From: Patescibacteria group bacterium
GTDB lineage: Bacteria > Patescibacteriota > Gracilibacteria > UBA1369 > PNNO01
Assembly: GCA_042577965.1 (NCBI GenBank)
Contig: JBHPDK010000003.1
Span: 9,266 to 73,265, forward strand
Length of the DNA stretch: 64,000 nt
Reading direction: 5' to 3'
A program made the position numbers and the translations under genes. Below are positions 1-8,837 of the stretch, one piece after another. The notes below the pieces were generated by a model. The model had not been told where the DNA came from, did no database searches, and saw only the letters and a list, made by a program, of their open reading frames with translations. Position 1 is the stretch's first letter. Every line of letters starts with the position of its first letter.

Positions 1-531
1 GCTAACAAAACTGCGAAAATCGTAGAATAAACTCCTAATAAAGCGTATCTGTAATTCGCAATAATTTCAAAAATAAGAGCACTGGCAAGAACACTAAATA
101 CAATTTGAAGTCCTGCAGCGTACGACATAAATTCAAGTCCGATTCCTGTTGAAAACAAATAAATCGGAATCAAAACCAAGAAAACAACAATATTCACTAT
201 AAAAAGTTGAAAAAGTGAAGTTGTAACTCTTTGATATTTTCCGCGTCCTGTAAATGAAATAAAAAGCGGCGCAATAAGGTTAGCTGCAAGGGTTGAAGCA
301 AAAATCATGCCCATTAAAATAAATATAAAAAGAGGGCTTAAAGTTGCTCCTTCATCACCTGCTGGCGCTAAAACCGGTGCTACTATCGAAACACTCAAAA
401 TATAAATTACAAGCAGAACCACTGTACCAACAATGCCTCCTCCAAGGCCGGCAAGTGTTCTGGTAATTAACGAAAGAAATGTAAATTGAGGAATTTGATT
501 TTCCTGCTGTGTTTGTTCCATATTTATTAAT
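1..531 (-). CDS. Hypothetical polytopic membrane protein, partial (C-terminus lies beyond the window edge)
   Basis: Own reverse-strand translation from ATG (cat at 529-531): MEQTQQENQIPQFTFLSLITRTLAGLGGGIVGTVVLLVIYIL... It is open to position 1 and has several hydrophobic spans. Not in the ORF track because it is truncated. Confidence 0.5.
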
Positions 532-532
532 T

Positions 533-991
533 TTAAACTCTTTTTATTTTACCATAAAACAGCACTAAAAGGAAGATCCCAACAGTAATTGCAATATCAG
601 CAAGATTAAAAACAGGCCAGATCCAAACAGAAATATAATCAATAACAAATTTGTGAATCAAACGATCAGCATAATTACTGATTGCACCCCCTGCAATTGC
701 ACCAGTCACAATCAAAACAAACAGTTTTTCAAATTTAAGGTGTTTTAACACCATATAAAATCCAAATACAATAAGAGCCGGCACTAAAAATAATTGCACC
801 AAAAAAGGCAGCTGTAAGCCAAAAGCAACACCTGTGTTCTCACTATAAGTTAACCTAAAAAATCCATCAATAATCGAGATATCATTTATAAGATATTGAA
901 CCGCTACTTCTTTAAAAATGCGATCAAGCACAAACACAATAAGTGCAGTTATTACAAAAATTCCAATAGTTTTCGTGAAATTTTTATTCAT
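533..991 (-). CDS. lspA: Lipoprotein signal peptidase (signal peptidase II)
   Basis: 152 aa with 4 TM segments. Family motifs present: ENTGVAFGL, GGAISNYADRL, FNLADIAI. Confidence 0.85.
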   Translation of the reverse strand: MNKNFTKTIGIFVITALIVFVLDRIFKEVAVQYLINDISIIDGFFRLTYSENTGVAFGLQLPFLVQLFLVPALIVFGFYMVLKHLKFEKLFVLIVTGAIAGGAISNYADRLIHKFVIDYISVWIWPVFNLADIAITVGIFLLVLFYGKIKRV

Positions 992-1075
992 ATCGAAAGT
1001 AAGTATACCATGAAATATTGCCTCTCAAACCCTAAGTAGTGTAGTATTAGTTCCCGCAATAATTGGCGAAAATCT

Positions 1076-2284
1076 ATGCAAAAAACGAAATCAGATACTG
1101 TGCTTTTAATTATGGCTTTTGCGCTTCTTTTATTTGGAGTTGTGATGATTACCAGTATTGGTGTGCCAAAGTCGATTCAGCTTTCTGCTCCTAATATTTT
1201 GTATCCGAACTGCGAACAGGAAGGTGTAAATTGTTATCTTTTGTTTAAAAATCATGTAATAAGAATTATTGTTGGAGTAATAGCTCTGGTGATTTGTGCA
1301 AAAATTCCATATAAATTCTGGCGCAAAATTGCTCTGCCTTTTTTCGGATTCATTCTTTTGCTTTTATTAGTAGTTTTGGTTACTGGTAAAGGTTTTGGGA
1401 CTATCGCAAAGAGTTGGCTTGTTGTTTTCAATACTTCTTTTCAGCCTGCTGAATTTGCCAAACTTGCTCTGATTTTTTATCTGGCCAGGTGGATGGATGA
1501 AAAGAACAAAGATGTTGAGAGTTTCCAATATGGATTTATTCCTTTTTGTGTGATTGCAGGGTTACTGGTGCTGCCTGTTATTTTGCAGCCGGATCTGGGA
1601 TCAACTTTAGTACTTACCATAATAGCTGTTAGTATTTATTTTATAGCCGGAGCACGTGCAAGACATTTACTTTTAGGAGCTTTTGCTGCATTTTTAATTG
1701 CTTTGATGGTGATTGCGAATGTAACCCATGTTCGCGAACGTTTTGTAGCATATATAACTTTAGATAAAGATTGTGTTGAAGATTACTGCTGGCAGTCAGA
1801 ACAGGCAAATATTGCTGTAGGTAGCGGAGGATTCTGGGGCAAAGGTTTAACTCAGGGAGTTCAAAAATCATATTGGCTTCCACAGGCATCAGACGACTTT
1901 ATTTTTGCTGCATCAGCTGAAGAACTCGGTTTTATTAGAATATTCCTTGTAGTTATTGCATATGTGGTCATAGCATATCGTGGATTTAAAATTGCCAATA
2001 CAGCACCTGACCGCTTCTCCATGCTGCTGGCCACGGGAATTACAACCTGGATAATAGCTCAGGCCTTTATTAATATAGGTGTAAATACCGGTTTATTACC
2101 AGTTACTGGTATTACTCTGCCACTTGTCAGTTACGGAGGCTCATCCATATTATCAACTTTAATAGGTATCGGAATTCTTTTAAATATTTCAAAACACACT
2201 ACTCCATATGACACACATCGTTTTCACGGGAGGGGGAACAGCAGGCCATATAGTGCCCAATATCGCTCTCATACAGAAACTTAA
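1076..2284 (+). CDS. ftsW: SEDS-family peptidoglycan glycosyltransferase FtsW/RodA
   Basis: Motifs PAEFAKLALIFYLA, QPDLGS, SDDFIFAASAEELGF, ITLPLVSYGGSS. Lies immediately upstream of murG. The 3' tail overlaps murG by 77 nt. Confidence 0.85.
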   Translation: MQKTKSDTVLLIMAFALLLFGVVMITSIGVPKSIQLSAPNILYPNCEQEGVNCYLLFKNHVIRIIVGVIALVICAKIPYKFWRKIALPFFGFILLLLLVVLVTGKGFGTIAKSWLVVFNTSFQPAEFAKLALIFYLARWMDEKNKDVESFQYGFIPFCVIAGLLVLPVILQPDLGSTLVLTIIAVSIYFIAGARARHLLLGAFAAFLIALMVIANVTHVRERFVAYITLDKDCVEDYCWQSEQANIAVGSGGFWGKGLTQGVQKSYWLPQASDDFIFAASAEELGFIRIFLVVIAYVVIAYRGFKIANTAPDRFSMLLATGITTWIIAQAFINIGVNTGLLPVTGITLPLVSYGGSSILSTLIGIGILLNISKHTTPYDTHRFHGRGNSRPYSAQYRSHTET

Positions 2285-3260
2285 AAAAAGACATCCTGAA
2301 ACGGAAATTTTATATATTGGTTCCAAGCACGGACCAGAAGCTAAAATGATTCCTGAAATCGGAGTTAAATTTCGTGGAATAATGACAGGAAAGTTGCGAA
2401 GATATTTTTCGTGGCAGAATTTTGTGGATTTTTTCAAAATTCCAATTGGCGTTGTGCAAAGCTATTTTACTTTGCGAAAGTTCAAACCAGCAGCTTTATT
2501 TAGTAAAGGCGGTTATGTTGGGATTCCTGTTATTTATGCAGCGAGCTGGCTTAAAATCCCAATTGTTCTGCATGAATCTGATGTACTTCCTGGGCTTGCA
2601 AATCGCATGGCAGCTAAAAAGGCCTGCGTTATTTGCATGGCTTTTGATGAATGTAAGGTTAATTTTCCTAAAGATGTACGAAAAGTATTAACTGGTAATC
2701 CTGTTCGTGAATTTATTTTAAAAGGCGATCAAGACCAAGGATATAAAATAACAGGATTTAATGGAGGGAAGCCTGTGATTTTAGTTATGGGAGGAAGTCA
2801 GGGAGCAAAACATATAAATGAGGCGATAGTAGAAGCATTACCGCATTTAGATGCTCAGGTTGTCCATATAACCGGTAAAGGTAAAAAAGTGCATGATGAC
2901 ACTGATAAATACAAATCTTATGAATATTTAAATGAGGAACTGCCGGATATTTATGCAATTTCAAGAGTTGTGGTTACAAGAGCAGGAGCAAACAGTCTGG
3001 CTGAAATTGAAGCACTTGGAATTCCAGCAATTCTAATCCCGCTGGCAAAAGCGCAAAGCAGAGGTGAGCAAAGTTTAAATGCCATTTCTTATCAAAAAAT
3101 GCATCCTCAGACAATTATTATTAAAGATGAAGAATTAACTTCTGATAAACTTTTACAAAGCCTGTCACAAACTTTAAACACAGAGCCTAAAAAGCACACC
3201 CCAAATAACGCTGCAGAAAGAATAATTGAGGTTCTTGAAAAATATGTTGACAGAAACTGA
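2208..3260 (+). CDS. murG: UDP-GlcNAc:lipid I N-acetylglucosaminyltransferase MurG
   Basis: N-terminal FTGGGTAGHIVPNIAL, GGSQGA, and TRAGANSLAEIEALGIPAILIP. 350 aa; ends at TGA. Confidence 0.9.
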   Translation: MTHIVFTGGGTAGHIVPNIALIQKLKKRHPETEILYIGSKHGPEAKMIPEIGVKFRGIMTGKLRRYFSWQNFVDFFKIPIGVVQSYFTLRKFKPAALFSKGGYVGIPVIYAASWLKIPIVLHESDVLPGLANRMAAKKACVICMAFDECKVNFPKDVRKVLTGNPVREFILKGDQDQGYKITGFNGGKPVILVMGGSQGAKHINEAIVEALPHLDAQVVHITGKGKKVHDDTDKYKSYEYLNEELPDIYAISRVVVTRAGANSLAEIEALGIPAILIPLAKAQSRGEQSLNAISYQKMHPQTIIIKDEELTSDKLLQSLSQTLNTEPKKHTPNNAAERIIEVLEKYVDRN

Positions 3261-3366
3261 CAATCCATTGACTTATATGCCTTTTTAATAATATGATAGG
3301 GGTGACTAGGGCGAAAAGGGCGAAGATTTTTATAGAAAAGCAAAATGCTTAAGTTTTTGTGAATTT

Positions 3367-3618
3367 TTGCAATTATTTAACAAACTTCATATGACTCTTG
3401 TGCTAGTAACATCAATCATTGGAATAATCTCAATAGGATTTTGCCTGCTCAATATCAAACTTTTATATAGATATATTAATAAATATCGTTTTGATGAAAC
3501 CAAATATACCTTACTGTTTAGTTTTTTAAGGCTAAGGTATATCGCTTTGATGTACATATTATTAAGTGTAGGATTCGCAGTTGGCTCATCAATATTTATG
3601 TATTACATAATTTTATGA
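3367..3618 (+). CDS. Hypothetical small membrane protein
   Basis: 83 aa with two hydrophobic spans. Overlaps the next ORF by 4 nt (ATGA-type junction). TTGACT-N18-TATGAT promoter-like site at about 3269-3298. Confidence 0.3.
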   Translation: MQLFNKLHMTLVLVTSIIGIISIGFCLLNIKLLYRYINKYRFDETKYTLLFSFLRLRYIALMYILLSVGFAVGSSIFMYYIIL

Positions 3619-4274
3619 TTCCACAGGAAAATCATACAAACCGTCACTTTAAAGGACAGCACAATACTGAAGTTGTGCAGTGCTTTTGCCGAAAGCATTG
3701 GATTATTTTAATTAAAGATTTTTTGGGATTTTTTATTTTTCTCGGCTTTCTTATTTTAACATCACTGTTCCTTAAACCAATTTATAACTTCTTTGTACAA
3801 CAAGATTCTCTAATAATTCACTTAGTGGCTTTTTCAATTGTTGGTCTTTTTACTTTTTATATTCACAGATTCTTTTTAAGATTGATTCGGTACTTTTTGG
3901 AAATTATCATTGTTACTAATTATAGAATTGTTGTTCTTAATAAATCTCTATATTTAAAAGATTCAAAAGATGCAACTGATCTACCAAAAATCCAGGATCT
4001 CAAAAAACATCAAAATGGTATTTTAAGAAACTTTTTAAAATTTGGGGATATTGAAATTACGCTTTCAGCAACATCAACAACTAAATATTTAAAACATATC
4101 CCTAATCCGGATTATCACTTTAGAAAAATAAATTTATTAAAGCGTGAATATATTAAAGAGCGAATTGGATTTAAAAAGCCTAGAAAACAACAGCCAATAC
4201 AACAAGAAAATCTAAGACACCCCTTCCAAAGAGCACCAATTCCTAGTGAAGAAGCAATTTCTGGATTGTCATAG
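3615..4274 (+). CDS. Hypothetical membrane protein with possible bacterial PH-like (YdbT-like) domain
   Basis: 219 aa. Two TM helices followed by a soluble segment (IVVLNKSLYLKDSKDATDLPKIQDL...GDIEITLSA) reminiscent of membrane-flanked bPH domains. Confidence 0.4.
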   Translation: MIPQENHTNRHFKGQHNTEVVQCFCRKHWIILIKDFLGFFIFLGFLILTSLFLKPIYNFFVQQDSLIIHLVAFSIVGLFTFYIHRFFLRLIRYFLEIIIVTNYRIVVLNKSLYLKDSKDATDLPKIQDLKKHQNGILRNFLKFGDIEITLSATSTTKYLKHIPNPDYHFRKINLLKREYIKERIGFKKPRKQQPIQQENLRHPFQRAPIPSEEAISGLS

Positions 4275-4275
4275 A

Positions 4276-4310
4276 TTGACCATTGACTATTGACCATTGA
4301 CCATTGATAA
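4276..4310. repeat. Five tandem 7-bp units TTGACCA/TTGACTA/TTGACCA/TTGACCA/TTGATAA, running into overlapping TTGATA/TATCAA palindromes (to about 4341)
   Basis: Direct reading: TTGAC/TTGAT starts at 4276, 4283, 4290, 4297, 4304. TATCAATTGATA is a perfect 12-bp palindrome at 4311-4322. Lies just upstream of the lemA-like ATG (4345). Confidence 0.8.
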
Positions 4311-4344
4311 TATCAATTGATAAATGTTAAATATCAATTGTTAA

Positions 4345-4881
4345 ATGTCAAATGTTATCTTTGTTATTATCGGTGTTTTAGTACTGCTTATGTTTCTGTT
4401 TAGTATCTCAGTGATACATATTCGCGCACTTCGCGATGAAATAAATGTACGTTGGTATAATTTGGTAGATAAGCTTCAGTACAGGCAGGATTTATTTCCA
4501 GTTTTAATTGAAACAGCAAGGCTATTTATAACTAAGAATGCTGATGAATTTGAAACAATGGTTAAGGATACCGTTGCTGTGCGGGCGCGGGCAGGCAAAA
4601 ATACAAAAGCTTCAATGCAAAAAGTTGTTGTTGAGCATGATTTTAGCAGACACTTAAAAGAAATTTTACAATTCAGTGAGCAAATTGATGAGTTAAGAAT
4701 AAATACTAATTATCTAGAAGTTAAAAAACACTTACACGATATTAGTAAAGATCTTGAGAACTTAGCTACTGATTATAATAAAAAGGTAAGAAATCACAAT
4801 AAAGTGATAAAAAGGTTTTACAATGCTTTGCCAGCAACATTACTGGGGTATAAGAAAAGGGCGATTTTTGAGTTTGAATAG
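4345..4881 (+). CDS. LemA family protein
   Basis: N-terminal TM, then WYNLVDKLQYRQDLFPVLIETARLF, which matches the LemA core (W..I...L.RR.DLIPNLVETVK). Confidence 0.7.
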   Translation: MSNVIFVIIGVLVLLMFLFSISVIHIRALRDEINVRWYNLVDKLQYRQDLFPVLIETARLFITKNADEFETMVKDTVAVRARAGKNTKASMQKVVVEHDFSRHLKEILQFSEQIDELRINTNYLEVKKHLHDISKDLENLATDYNKKVRNHNKVIKRFYNALPATLLGYKKRAIFEFE

Positions 4882-4975
4882 TGAAGCGAGGCGAAAGCGA
4901 AGCGCCAGCGGAGCTCTTTGGAGCGAGGTCTTTTTGGCCGAGCGAAGCGGAAAAAAGGTTTTTTAAAAAAAAGCC

Positions 4976-5004
4976 TTGACGGTGAGTGCGACCTCACCTA
5001 TAAT
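4976..5004 (+). promoter_or_regulatory. Consensus sigma70-type promoter of lexA: TTGACG-N17-TATAAT
   Basis: TTGACG at 4976-4981, 17-nt spacer, TATAAT at 4999-5004. Sits 31 nt upstream of the lexA ATG at 5035. Confidence 0.7.
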
Positions 5005-5020
5005 GTGAGCGTACACTCAC
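4981..5020. promoter_or_regulatory. Two GTGAG-N6-CTCAC inverted repeats (candidate LexA/SOS operators)
   Basis: GTGAGtgcgacCTCAC at 4982-4997 fills the promoter spacer. GTGAGcgtacaCTCAC at 5005-5020 starts right after the -10. Confidence 0.5.
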
Positions 5021-5034
5021 TATTAATTTTTACT

Positions 5035-5649
5035 ATGGTTGAATTTTTAACTGACAAACAAAAAGCTGTTCTTAAATACATTGAAAAGTATCAGCTTAAA
5101 AATGGTAAATCCCCAACTATCCGCGAAATGCGTGAAAGGTTTAGTGTTAGTTCAGATAACAGTATTCTTAAACATTTAAAAGCTCTTGAAGAAAAGGGCT
5201 ACATCCACAAAGATGACACCCCGCGTGGAATCAAAATGCTTGATGAAGTTAAAAAACGTTTAGAAAGTGCTACTTTAAAGTTACCATTATTAGGTCATGT
5301 GCCAGCAGGTGGCCCTGTATTAACTGAAGAGTTTATTGATGCATGGTACGATGTCGGGCCTGACATTGCAAAACAAGAAAAAGACACATTTATTCTAAAA
5401 GTTAGAGGTGAAAGTATGATTGACGCAGGAATTCATGATGGAGATTTAGTGATTGTGGATAGTGCAAAGCGGGCACGCAATGGTGATGTTGTAGTTGCAC
5501 TTGTTGATAATCAAAACACTGTTAAAACTTTAGTGCGCAAAGAAGGCAAAACATATCTTAAACCAGAAAATCCTCAATTCGAAGATATTTATCCTGAGGG
5601 TGAATTAATTATACAAGGCGTGGTTACTTCATTACTGCGTTTTTACTAG
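5035..5649 (+). CDS. lexA: LexA repressor (S24 peptidase)
   Basis: wHTH ([10 protein letters not shown]...[14 protein letters not shown]), Ala-Gly cleavage site (VPAGGP), and catalytic GESM and VKTL. Start trimmed from the track's TTG at 4918 to ATG 5035, because the promoter lies inside the longer ORF. Confidence 0.9.
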   Translation: MVEFLTDKQKAVLKYIEKYQLKNGKSPTIREMRERFSVSSDNSILKHLKALEEKGYIHKDDTPRGIKMLDEVKKRLESATLKLPLLGHVPAGGPVLTEEFIDAWYDVGPDIAKQEKDTFILKVRGESMIDAGIHDGDLVIVDSAKRARNGDVVVALVDNQNTVKTLVRKEGKTYLKPENPQFEDIYPEGELIIQGVVTSLLRFY

Positions 5650-5886
5650 CCCGACCAACCTTCATTTTAAGAAAGCCTAAAAATTGGCAAAAGCCATGCG
5701 TATTTTCTTAACTCCAAAAATTATGAACATCAGAATTCAAACAGCACCAAAATTATGGTTCGTACCAATATCAACAAATATGAAAAAAAGAACTCTTCGT
5801 CAAAGAGTAAGGCAATGGAAAAAAAACAATAAAAAAAAGAGATATGTTTTGAATGGGCAAATGCCGATATGGTAAAATAGCCATTG

Positions 5887-6210
5887 ATGGAATACAAATT
5901 TGTAAAAATCGCTGTTTTCATACCTTCCTCTCATGCGGATGATATTCGCAAAGTATTAAATGAAGCTGGGGCAGGCTGCTTGGAACAATATGACAATTGC
6001 TCTTTTTCTACAAAAGGCACAGGCAGATTTAGAGGACTTGAAGGTTCAAATCCTTTTATTGGAGAAGCTGGGAAAATTGAACAAGTTGAAGAAGATAAAA
6101 TTGAGGTAATTTGTCCTTTTGAAAAATACGAGCAGGTTATAGAAGCAGTTAAAAAAGCTCATCCTTATGAAGAACCTGCTATTGATATTTATCCTTTACT
6201 TAATAAGTAA
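5887..6210 (+). CDS. PII-like small protein of the COG3323 / YqfO(Nif3) insert-domain family
   Basis: KIAVFIPSSHADDIRKVLNEAGAG...YDNCSFSTKGTGRFRGLEGSNPFIGEAG...VEEDKIEVICP...AHPYEEPAIDIYPL fits the family pattern. TTGAAT-N18-TAAAAT lies at 5849-5878. Confidence 0.65.
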   Translation: MEYKFVKIAVFIPSSHADDIRKVLNEAGAGCLEQYDNCSFSTKGTGRFRGLEGSNPFIGEAGKIEQVEEDKIEVICPFEKYEQVIEAVKKAHPYEEPAIDIYPLLNK

Positions 6211-6224
6211 TGGAAATGGAAAAG

Positions 6225-6253
6225 TTGATATAATCTAGCGACTTCGCTATAGT
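6225..6253 (+). promoter_or_regulatory. Promoter-like TTGATA-N17-TATAGT upstream of mutS, with embedded palindrome TAGCGA-CT-TCGCTA
   Basis: TTGATA 6225-6230; TATAGT 6248-6253; 14-bp palindrome 6236-6249. Confidence 0.45.
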
Positions 6254-6289
6254 AAAAACCTGCAAAATAGGGTTAACTTTTTTAGCGAA

Positions 6290-8836
6290 ATGTCAACACC
6301 GATGATCAAACAATACGAAGAGATCAAAGCAAAGCATAAAGATGCAATTTTGCTCTTTAGGTTGGGAGATTTTTATGAAATGTTTGGCGATGATGCAGTT
6401 AAAGCTTCACAAATTTTGGATATCACTTTAACTGCGCGCAACAAAGGTGATGGCAAGATGCCAATGTGCGGAGTTCCTTTTCATGCAATTGAAAATTATA
6501 TTGCAAAATTAACGCGGAAAGGCTGTAAAGTTGCGATTTGCGATCAGGTTAGTGATCCTAAACTTCCTGGAATTGTTAAGCGTGAAGTTACGCGGGTTAT
6601 AACTCCTGGAACAACCTTTAATGATTCCGTTTTGGACCGAAAAACGAATAATTATCTTGCAAGTATTACTAAAGGCGAAGCAGGTTTTGGCTTTGCATAT
6701 GCGGATATTACTACAGGCGACTTTTTTGTGACTGAAATTTCCAATGAAGCAGAACTTATTAATGAAATGACGAAGATTTATCCAGCTGAATGCATTACGA
6801 GTGAAGAAAACGATACTTTTACAATGCTTAAAGATAGTTTTGAGCACACAAGTTTCTTTGCTTATGAAAATTTCAAGGATAGTGAAGAAGCTATAAAAGA
6901 TCAATATAAAGTTCATTCATTAAATGGATTCGGGCTTGAGAATAGGAAAGCAGCGGTTCAGGCTGCGGGATTTCTTCTTTTGTATTTAATCGAAACTCAA
7001 AAAAACGATCTAAAACATTTAAGGCAAATAAAATACTATTCAACTAAAGAGTATATGCCTTTGGATGAAGCAACTTTGCGTAATCTGGAACTTTTAACAA
7101 CTTTAAGAGATCAGGAGAAAGAAGGGTCACTTTTATCAGTTCTTGATGAAACTTTAACTTCAATGGGAGGCCGGATGCTTAGAAAATGGCTTTTAAAACC
7201 GCTTCTCAATGAGTCAAAAATTCAAAATCGGTTAGATGCTGTTGATGAATTACTCGGTAATTCAGGATTACTCGATAATTTACGTGAAATCCTAAAAGAT
7301 ATTCTGGATATTGAAAGGATTATTTCGCGTTTAAGCCTTGGGACCGGCAATGCCCGCGATCTGATTGCTTTAAAAAATACAATAAATAAGATTCCTGAAA
7401 TTAAAAAAGTGCTTGAAAGTGCAAGTTGTGAATTATTAAAAGTTAAATTTGATGATCTTGCTTCGCTCGCTGAATTAATTGAAAAATCAATCGAGCAGGA
7501 ACCTCCAATAATTTTGCGTGATGGCGGAATGATAAAACAAGGCCATAATCAGGAATTAGATGAACTTAAAAAGATTAGCCGTGAAGGTAAAACTTTTATT
7601 AAAGATCTGCAGGAAAAAGAAATTAAACGCACTGGCATAAGTTCGATGAAAGTTAAATATAACAAAGTGTTTGGATATTATATTGAGGTTAGTAAGGCGA
7701 ATACGCATTTAGTGCCTGAGGATTATATTCGAAAGCAGACTTTGGTTAATGCTGAAAGATATATTACTCCTGAGTTAAAAGAGTATGAAGAAAAGGTTTT
7801 GGGGGCTGAGGAAAAAATTGTAGAGCTTGAGTATGAATTATTTCAAAAAGTTCGCATAGAAACAGTTGAACATATTGGTGCAATCCAAAAAAATGCACAA
7901 ATTTTTGCGTGTTTGGATGTTTTATGCTCGTTTGCTTACATTGCAAAGCTAAATAATTACTGCAAACCAGAAATTAATGAAGATTCCACGATTGAAATTA
8001 AGGCTGGACGCCATCCTGTTGTTGAAAAAATGACGTTCTCAGGTGATTTTATTCCAAATGATATCATCGTAGATAATGATTCGAATCGACTTTTATTAAT
8101 TACAGGTCCGAATATGGGTGGAAAGTCGACAATACTTAGACAAGTTGCATTGACAGTCCTAATGTCGCATATAGGCTGTTTTGTACCTGCTGATAAGGCT
8201 AAAATTGGATTAGTGGACAGGATTTTTACGCGAGTTGGAGCAAGCGACAATTTAATTAAAGGTCAGTCTACTTTTATGGTTGAAATGCAGGAAGCAGCAA
8301 ACATTTTAAACAATGCTACTGAACGAAGCCTGATTATTTTGGATGAAATCGGTCGTGGAACTTCAACTTATGATGGTGTAAGTATTGCATGGGCTATTAC
8401 CGAGTATATTCATAATACAATCAAAGCTAAAACTTTATTTGCGAGCCATTATCATGAACTTATTGAAGTTGTTCAAAGCCTTCCGCACGCAAAAAACCTA
8501 AGCGTGGCAGTTAAAGAAAAAGATGATGGTGTGATTTTCTTATATAAACTTCAGGAAGGCGGAATCGATAGAAGTTATGGTATCGAAGTTGCGAGATTGG
8601 CCGGGCTTCCTAATGAAATAATTAAAAAGTCGATTGGAATTTTAAAAGATTTAGAAAGGACAGTGAAAGAGCCAAAGGTTAAGATTGATGAGGATCAGAT
8701 GGATATGTTTGGGGAACCGCGCATTCCTCAAAATTTAAACAAAATAAAAGAGGAGCTAAACCAGATTGATATAAACGGCTTAACTCCCCTTCAAGCTCTT
8801 CAAAAACTTGATGAGCTAAAGAAAAATTCTAATTAG
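6290..8836 (+). CDS. mutS: DNA mismatch repair protein MutS
   Basis: 848 aa. N-terminal TPMIKQYEEIKAKHKDAILLFRLGDFYEMF, Walker A GPNMGGKST, STFMVEM, DEIGRGTSTYDG. Confidence 0.95.
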   Translation: MSTPMIKQYEEIKAKHKDAILLFRLGDFYEMFGDDAVKASQILDITLTARNKGDGKMPMCGVPFHAIENYIAKLTRKGCKVAICDQVSDPKLPGIVKREVTRVITPGTTFNDSVLDRKTNNYLASITKGEAGFGFAYADITTGDFFVTEISNEAELINEMTKIYPAECITSEENDTFTMLKDSFEHTSFFAYENFKDSEEAIKDQYKVHSLNGFGLENRKAAVQAAGFLLLYLIETQKNDLKHLRQIKYYSTKEYMPLDEATLRNLELLTTLRDQEKEGSLLSVLDETLTSMGGRMLRKWLLKPLLNESKIQNRLDAVDELLGNSGLLDNLREILKDILDIERIISRLSLGTGNARDLIALKNTINKIPEIKKVLESASCELLKVKFDDLASLAELIEKSIEQEPPIILRDGGMIKQGHNQELDELKKISREGKTFIKDLQEKEIKRTGISSMKVKYNKVFGYYIEVSKANTHLVPEDYIRKQTLVNAERYITPELKEYEEKVLGAEEKIVELEYELFQKVRIETVEHIGAIQKNAQIFACLDVLCSFAYIAKLNNYCKPEINEDSTIEIKAGRHPVVEKMTFSGDFIPNDIIVDNDSNRLLLITGPNMGGKSTILRQVALTVLMSHIGCFVPADKAKIGLVDRIFTRVGASDNLIKGQSTFMVEMQEAANILNNATERSLIILDEIGRGTSTYDGVSIAWAITEYIHNTIKAKTLFASHYHELIEVVQSLPHAKNLSVAVKEKDDGVIFLYKLQEGGIDRSYGIEVARLAGLPNEIIKKSIGILKDLERTVKEPKVKIDEDQMDMFGEPRIPQNLNKIKEELNQIDINGLTPLQALQKLDELKKNSN

Positions 8837-8837
8837 T

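Noticed and set aside
4918-5034. N-terminal extensions in the ORF track for lexA (4918), mutL (9818), the 13699 gene (15492), miaB (19308), eno (26673), ispDF (30301), queG (37811), the lipoprotein (44653) and the COG3323 gene (5884)
   Set aside because: The extensions begin at TTG/GTG or at upstream ATGs. They add non-homologous residues ahead of canonical family N-termini, and they cover promoters, hairpins or structured RNA. The internal ATGs give proteins that start where the families start.
5684-5921. 63-aa ORFs on both strands in the lexA to COG3323-gene spacer
   Set aside because: They give Lys/Asn-rich, low-complexity translation of an A-rich spacer with no start signals. The region more plausibly holds the TTGAAT-N18-TAAAAT promoter of the downstream gene.
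7249-7279. ATTACTCGGTAAT-TCAGG-ATTACTCGATAAT inside mutS as an inserted copy of the palindromic repeat element
   Set aside because: It encodes LLGNSGLLDN within a normally spaced MutS segment (LDAVDELL...LREIL..I.DIERI), so nothing is inserted. It is probably chance resemblance from Leu/Gly/Asn codons. I mention it under the repeat finding only as a caveat.
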